The position numbers and the translations under genes are program-made. From the NCBI GenBank assembly GCA_054600435.1, contig BAAIJX010000027.1, forward strand, positions 186,001-250,000: a stretch of DNA of 64,000 nt, given 5' to 3'. Positions 60,404 through 64,000 of this stretch are shown in pieces (position 1 is the stretch's first letter; each line of letters opens with the position of its first letter). This DNA comes from Neophaeotheca triangularis (lineage: Eukaryota). A model generated the notes under the pieces. It was not told the origin of the DNA. It saw only the letters and a program-made list of their open reading frames with translations, and made no database searches.

Positions 60404-61388
60404 TTATCTCACGCTAGCCTTTTTTGGCCCAACTTCAACTTCATGCCTCTTGGGGCTGCCTCAATCAATAATGGCAACTACTATGTATCATCACGTCGCG
60501 TTTTGATTGCACATTCTCTCACCTCCACTGGTAGCAATCGATACTTTTACTGCGATGGTGAATCGTCACGTCCGACTATCGGGTTGGCCGACAAAATAAA
60601 ACTTATCTGGATCTTGTAACCCTCTTACAGCCCGATGCATCAAGGCTTGCCCATGTAGCTGGCAAAGACCCAGTGTGCAACTTGACATCTCCGTGGAGAG
60701 CTACCTACCATTGCATCCTGATTGCATTATCTGTTAATCGCGTCAGGAATGAGGCAGCGATATGTACTCGGGGAGAGAAACCGACGACGAGGATCCTTAT
60801 CTTTCCAGCCTGCAGGGCATCCACATCCGTCGGCCGCTAGAGTACCGTGCTCTGATAAGGCCATCCGTTGGATCTCGGCGACCGCAACATTTCTTGCACA
60901 ACGCAAGGACTCCAGTAGTCCCCTACCTCCGGAGGTACCTACTCATGGGAAAAAGGGTCACCGCTGTCATCAGACTCTCCCCCATTGGCCGCCGCCAGAT
61001 CTCGACATGTTGCCTGGGACCCTCTGTCTATTCTGGACATTGAGTTGAAGCCAACTGTAAGTCTGTAACTGCTTTCCACGCTCCTGTCTCGTTGTGAATG
61101 GCGCGAACGCCCTAGACCCACGCCGGCATGGTCCCAAGCTCCAAGTAGATAACGAACTCTGGCCACGAAAGGACTTACGCCAGCGTTTGCATCTCCGTCA
61201 CTCAAGATACTGTTGCGTGCAGATACAACCAGGTGTACGAGACCTTCGATAGGGCCTTGAGATGCTCTTATCAGGCCACCCCGTAAAGATCAACTGCGCA
61301 CCCCCAGCCCGGGGCCGTGACCCGCCTGGCCATGCTGAAACCTTTCTCGCTGCAAGAACCCATATCTCCACAAGGGAATACCCGCGGA
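60404..61388 (+). promoter_or_regulatory. Nitrate-responsive promoter: AreA/NIT2 GATA cluster plus NirA/NIT4-type sites
   Basis: WGATAA on either strand at 60404, 60603, 60727, 60797, 60853, 61147, 61268; CTCCGTGG at 60689-60696 (NirA consensus CTCCGHGG); CCCGCGGA at 61381. Confidence 0.65.
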
Positions 61389-61706
61389 CTTGTTATTTCC
61401 TACATCGCATATCGTGGCATTCGTAGTTCGATCAAACGCGGTATCACAGAGGCTTGGTAGATGTCGACCGGAGAAGCATACCACGCATGCTGATGTCGCG
61501 GTGCCAATAGATACACCAAATGGCATATTAGACGTTCCTGTTCCGCTTCAACGTAAGGATACTTTTGGAATCGTTACTCTCACAAAACATTTACTGTATT
61601 ACTCTTTCGCCCAACGATCGTTTCTTAATCAAGCGAGCCTCAGCCTCCTGCTCTACCGCAGTACCGACCCGAATAGTACACTCTTGCCATAGCGTCCGGC
61701 ACCAAC

Positions 61707-63394
61707 ATGGGGATCGCTTTGCTCTGGCAAGAGCCAGAAGTCAACCCTATCAACAGGAAAGCACGTTCTATCCCCGTGCTTAACATCGTCAGTATCTATG
61801 GACGAGTCTTCTTCTTCTCATGGATGGGTTTCTTCATCGCATTCTGGTCATGGGTACGTCTAAAGTCCCACATAGATTACAGAAAGGCGTTGCCATACAC
61901 GTCAGGTGCCTAACATACCCCCCAGTATGCGTTCCCGCCTCTGCTCAAAGACATCATCGCCGAGGACATAAACCTCACGCAAGAGCAAGTCGCCAATTCA
62001 AACATCGTCGCCCTTATTGCAACACTCCTAGTCCGACTTGTCGCTGGAACAGCTTGTGATATGTTCGGACCGAGATGGACTTTTGCAGGATGCTTGTTGA
62101 TCGGAGCCATCCCTACTTTCCTGGCAGGCACAATCTACAACGCGAGTCAGCTCATGGCCTGTCGATTCTTCGTCGGCATTCTCGGCGGTAGCTTTGTGCC
62201 GTGTCAAGTATGGAGCTCAGGCTTCTTCGGTACGCCTCAGCCTGACATGTCTCGATGTTTGTACGACCTACTGATGCTTTCATAGATAAAAACGTTGTAG
62301 GGACCGCAAACGCTCTGACAGGCGGCTTCGGCAACGCAGGAGGCGGCGTCACCTACTTCGTCATGCCTGCCATCTTTCTCTCACTCGAAAGCATGGGTCA
62401 CTCTCCTTCCGTTGCATGGCGTATTTCCTACATCGTACCTGGCATACTCATCGTCCTCGTCGCTATTGGGATGCTGCTCTTCGCCCCCGACTGTCCTTCA
62501 GGGAAGTGGTCGACCCGCCTGGAAGCCGTCGAGGACAACCTGCGCGCCCACGGTGTCGAGAGCAAGATCGTACAAGTGCCCGGTCAGGTCACAGAGGAAG
62601 GCAAGGAACAACCGTCCGGCACAGTATCTCCCTCTAGCTTTTCGGACGAGGAGAAAAAAGGAGGCACTGGGACCACCACACCCGACGATAGAACGGCATC
62701 CATTGGCCAACAACTGTCCCTCGAGCAACAAGAAATGCTCAACACCGCCCGGGGCGAAGTAATCCGCAAGCCAAGCCTCAAAGACACGCTGGTCGTCTGC
62801 CTCTCACCTCACACCATCGTGCTCGCAGCCGCATACTTCTGCTCCTTTGGCGGCGAGCTGGCGATCAATAGCATCCTCGGCAACTACATCTCCCAAAACC
62901 TCGACCTCGACATCCAACAATCCGGCAACTACGCGGCAATGTTCGGCCTATTCAACGCCGTCTTCCGCCCCCTCGGCGGCTGGGCTTCCGATTTCATCTA
63001 CCAGAAAACGCACTCCCTGTGGGCGAAAAAGATGCTCTTACATGGCTATCTCGTCGCTTCGGCTGGCTTCCTCGTCGCCATCGGCTTGACCGACCCTCAC
63101 GACCTGGCCTCGCTCATCTGCCTCATCTGCATCGGCATGGCCTTTTTCCTCGAAGGCGCGAATGGTCTCACCTACGCCGTGGTGCCGCACGTGCACCCGC
63201 ACGCCAACGGCGTCGTCTCGGGGTTTGTGGGCGCCGCCGGCAATCTGGGAGGTATCGTGCTGGCTATCATCTTTAGATACAGTGGCAATGATTATGCGCA
63301 GGGTTTTTGGGTTTGGGGCATCATTTGCTTTGCGCTGCAGGTTGCTGTTTGCTGGATTAGACCCATTCCCAAGAGCCAAATTGGTGGGAGGTGA
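61707..63394 (+). CDS. High-affinity nitrate/nitrite transporter (NNP/NRT2, CrnA/NrtA or NrtB-like); introns 61854-61925 and 62230-62285
   Basis: [28 protein letters not shown], nitrate signatures [14 protein letters not shown] and [11 protein letters not shown]. Confidence 0.93.
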
Positions 63395-63807
63395 GCGTCT
63401 TAGCGCAGGTGGAGTTTTTGGGATTCGTGGCGTGTGGGCGTGCTTTGGCGGTCTTTGCTTTTCAGTGATATCCACAGGTTATGTAGCTTTAACGAATGTG
63501 AACGTTGACATTGCTTAAGATGGAGAAGCTACACATGCGGGCACTGCTACAATTAAAAACGGTGGCGGCGTTTGCAACCTCTGGCGACATTACGACGGAG
63601 CATCTTATGCAAAGAGTAGGTAGCTTGTTGCAAAAAATATCGCGCACTTCGTGCCGTAGACGGGTATCTATGAAGTACAATTCGGCTCGAACCACAAAGC
63701 AAACTCCTCCACTGGTGTCTCAGCTGCCACTTCTCCTCGCCCACGGTAACTTATCCTCGCTTAGAAGTCGCTGCTCGCAGTCTGCATCCAATGCACGGCG
63801 TTCCTGC

Positions 63808-64000
63808 TCACGTACCTTCGAGCACATTAGTAAGTTGTCCATTGCTCGCCAGCGCCGCAAGCCACTCGTGAACAAACTCAGTGTAGTCCTCTCTCGCGAT
63901 CTCAGCCGACTTCTCCTCGTCCTCCCGCTTCACGACCAAGTCCCGAACCTCCGCCCTCAAACCTCGCTGCCGCTTCATCAATCCCTGGCGCATCTCCAGC
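63808..64000 (-). CDS. 3' end of a probable ubiquitin C-terminal hydrolase (UCH37-like C-terminal domain); partial
   Basis: Coiled coil then AREDYTEFVHEWLAALASNGQL, similar to the ULD motif RRxDYxPFIxxWLxxLAxxGxL. Confidence 0.6.
   Translation of the reverse strand, partial: LEMRQGLMKRQRGLRAEVRDLVVKREDEEKSAEIAREDYTEFVHEWLAALASNGQLTNVLEGT

Noticed and set aside
1..64000. CRISPR arrays, transposases, LTRs, secondary-metabolite clusters, rRNA
   Set aside because: None seen; eukaryotic housekeeping region with no repeat-spacer structure or transposon domains

Overview
Gene-dense window from a filamentous ascomycete (Pezizomycotina, probably Dothideomycetes; inferred from GT-AG introns with CTRAC branch points and from protein sequences). 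About 23 intron-containing or intronless genes can be reconstructed, two of them partial at the window edges. They include TSR3, GGA, a Grainyhead/CP2 factor, RPL29, BUD20, mitochondrial aconitase, a SNIP1/Pml1 FHA protein, a LETM1-like protein, a Sec7-PH Arf-GEF, SPT7, a VanZ-like protein, RPS26, a CBS-PB1 protein, importin-5/KAP121, DHH1, an Mtr-type amino-acid permease and an NRT2 nitrate transporter. There is also a decaying hexapeptide acetyltransferase pseudogene. Items the ORF track cannot show: (1) an RNase MRP RNA gene at about 57160-57586; (2) a 446-nt aconitase intron whose core can fold into a multi-branched RNA structure, placed right after the Fe-S cysteine motif and before a purine-rich 30-nt microexon, which is the best candidate for an undescribed regulatory system; (3) a J-like domain with HPN instead of HPD; (4) a recurrent intergenic palindrome TACCTAGGTA; (5) several stop-free in-frame introns. 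All product calls come from motif recognition by eye; no database search was run.
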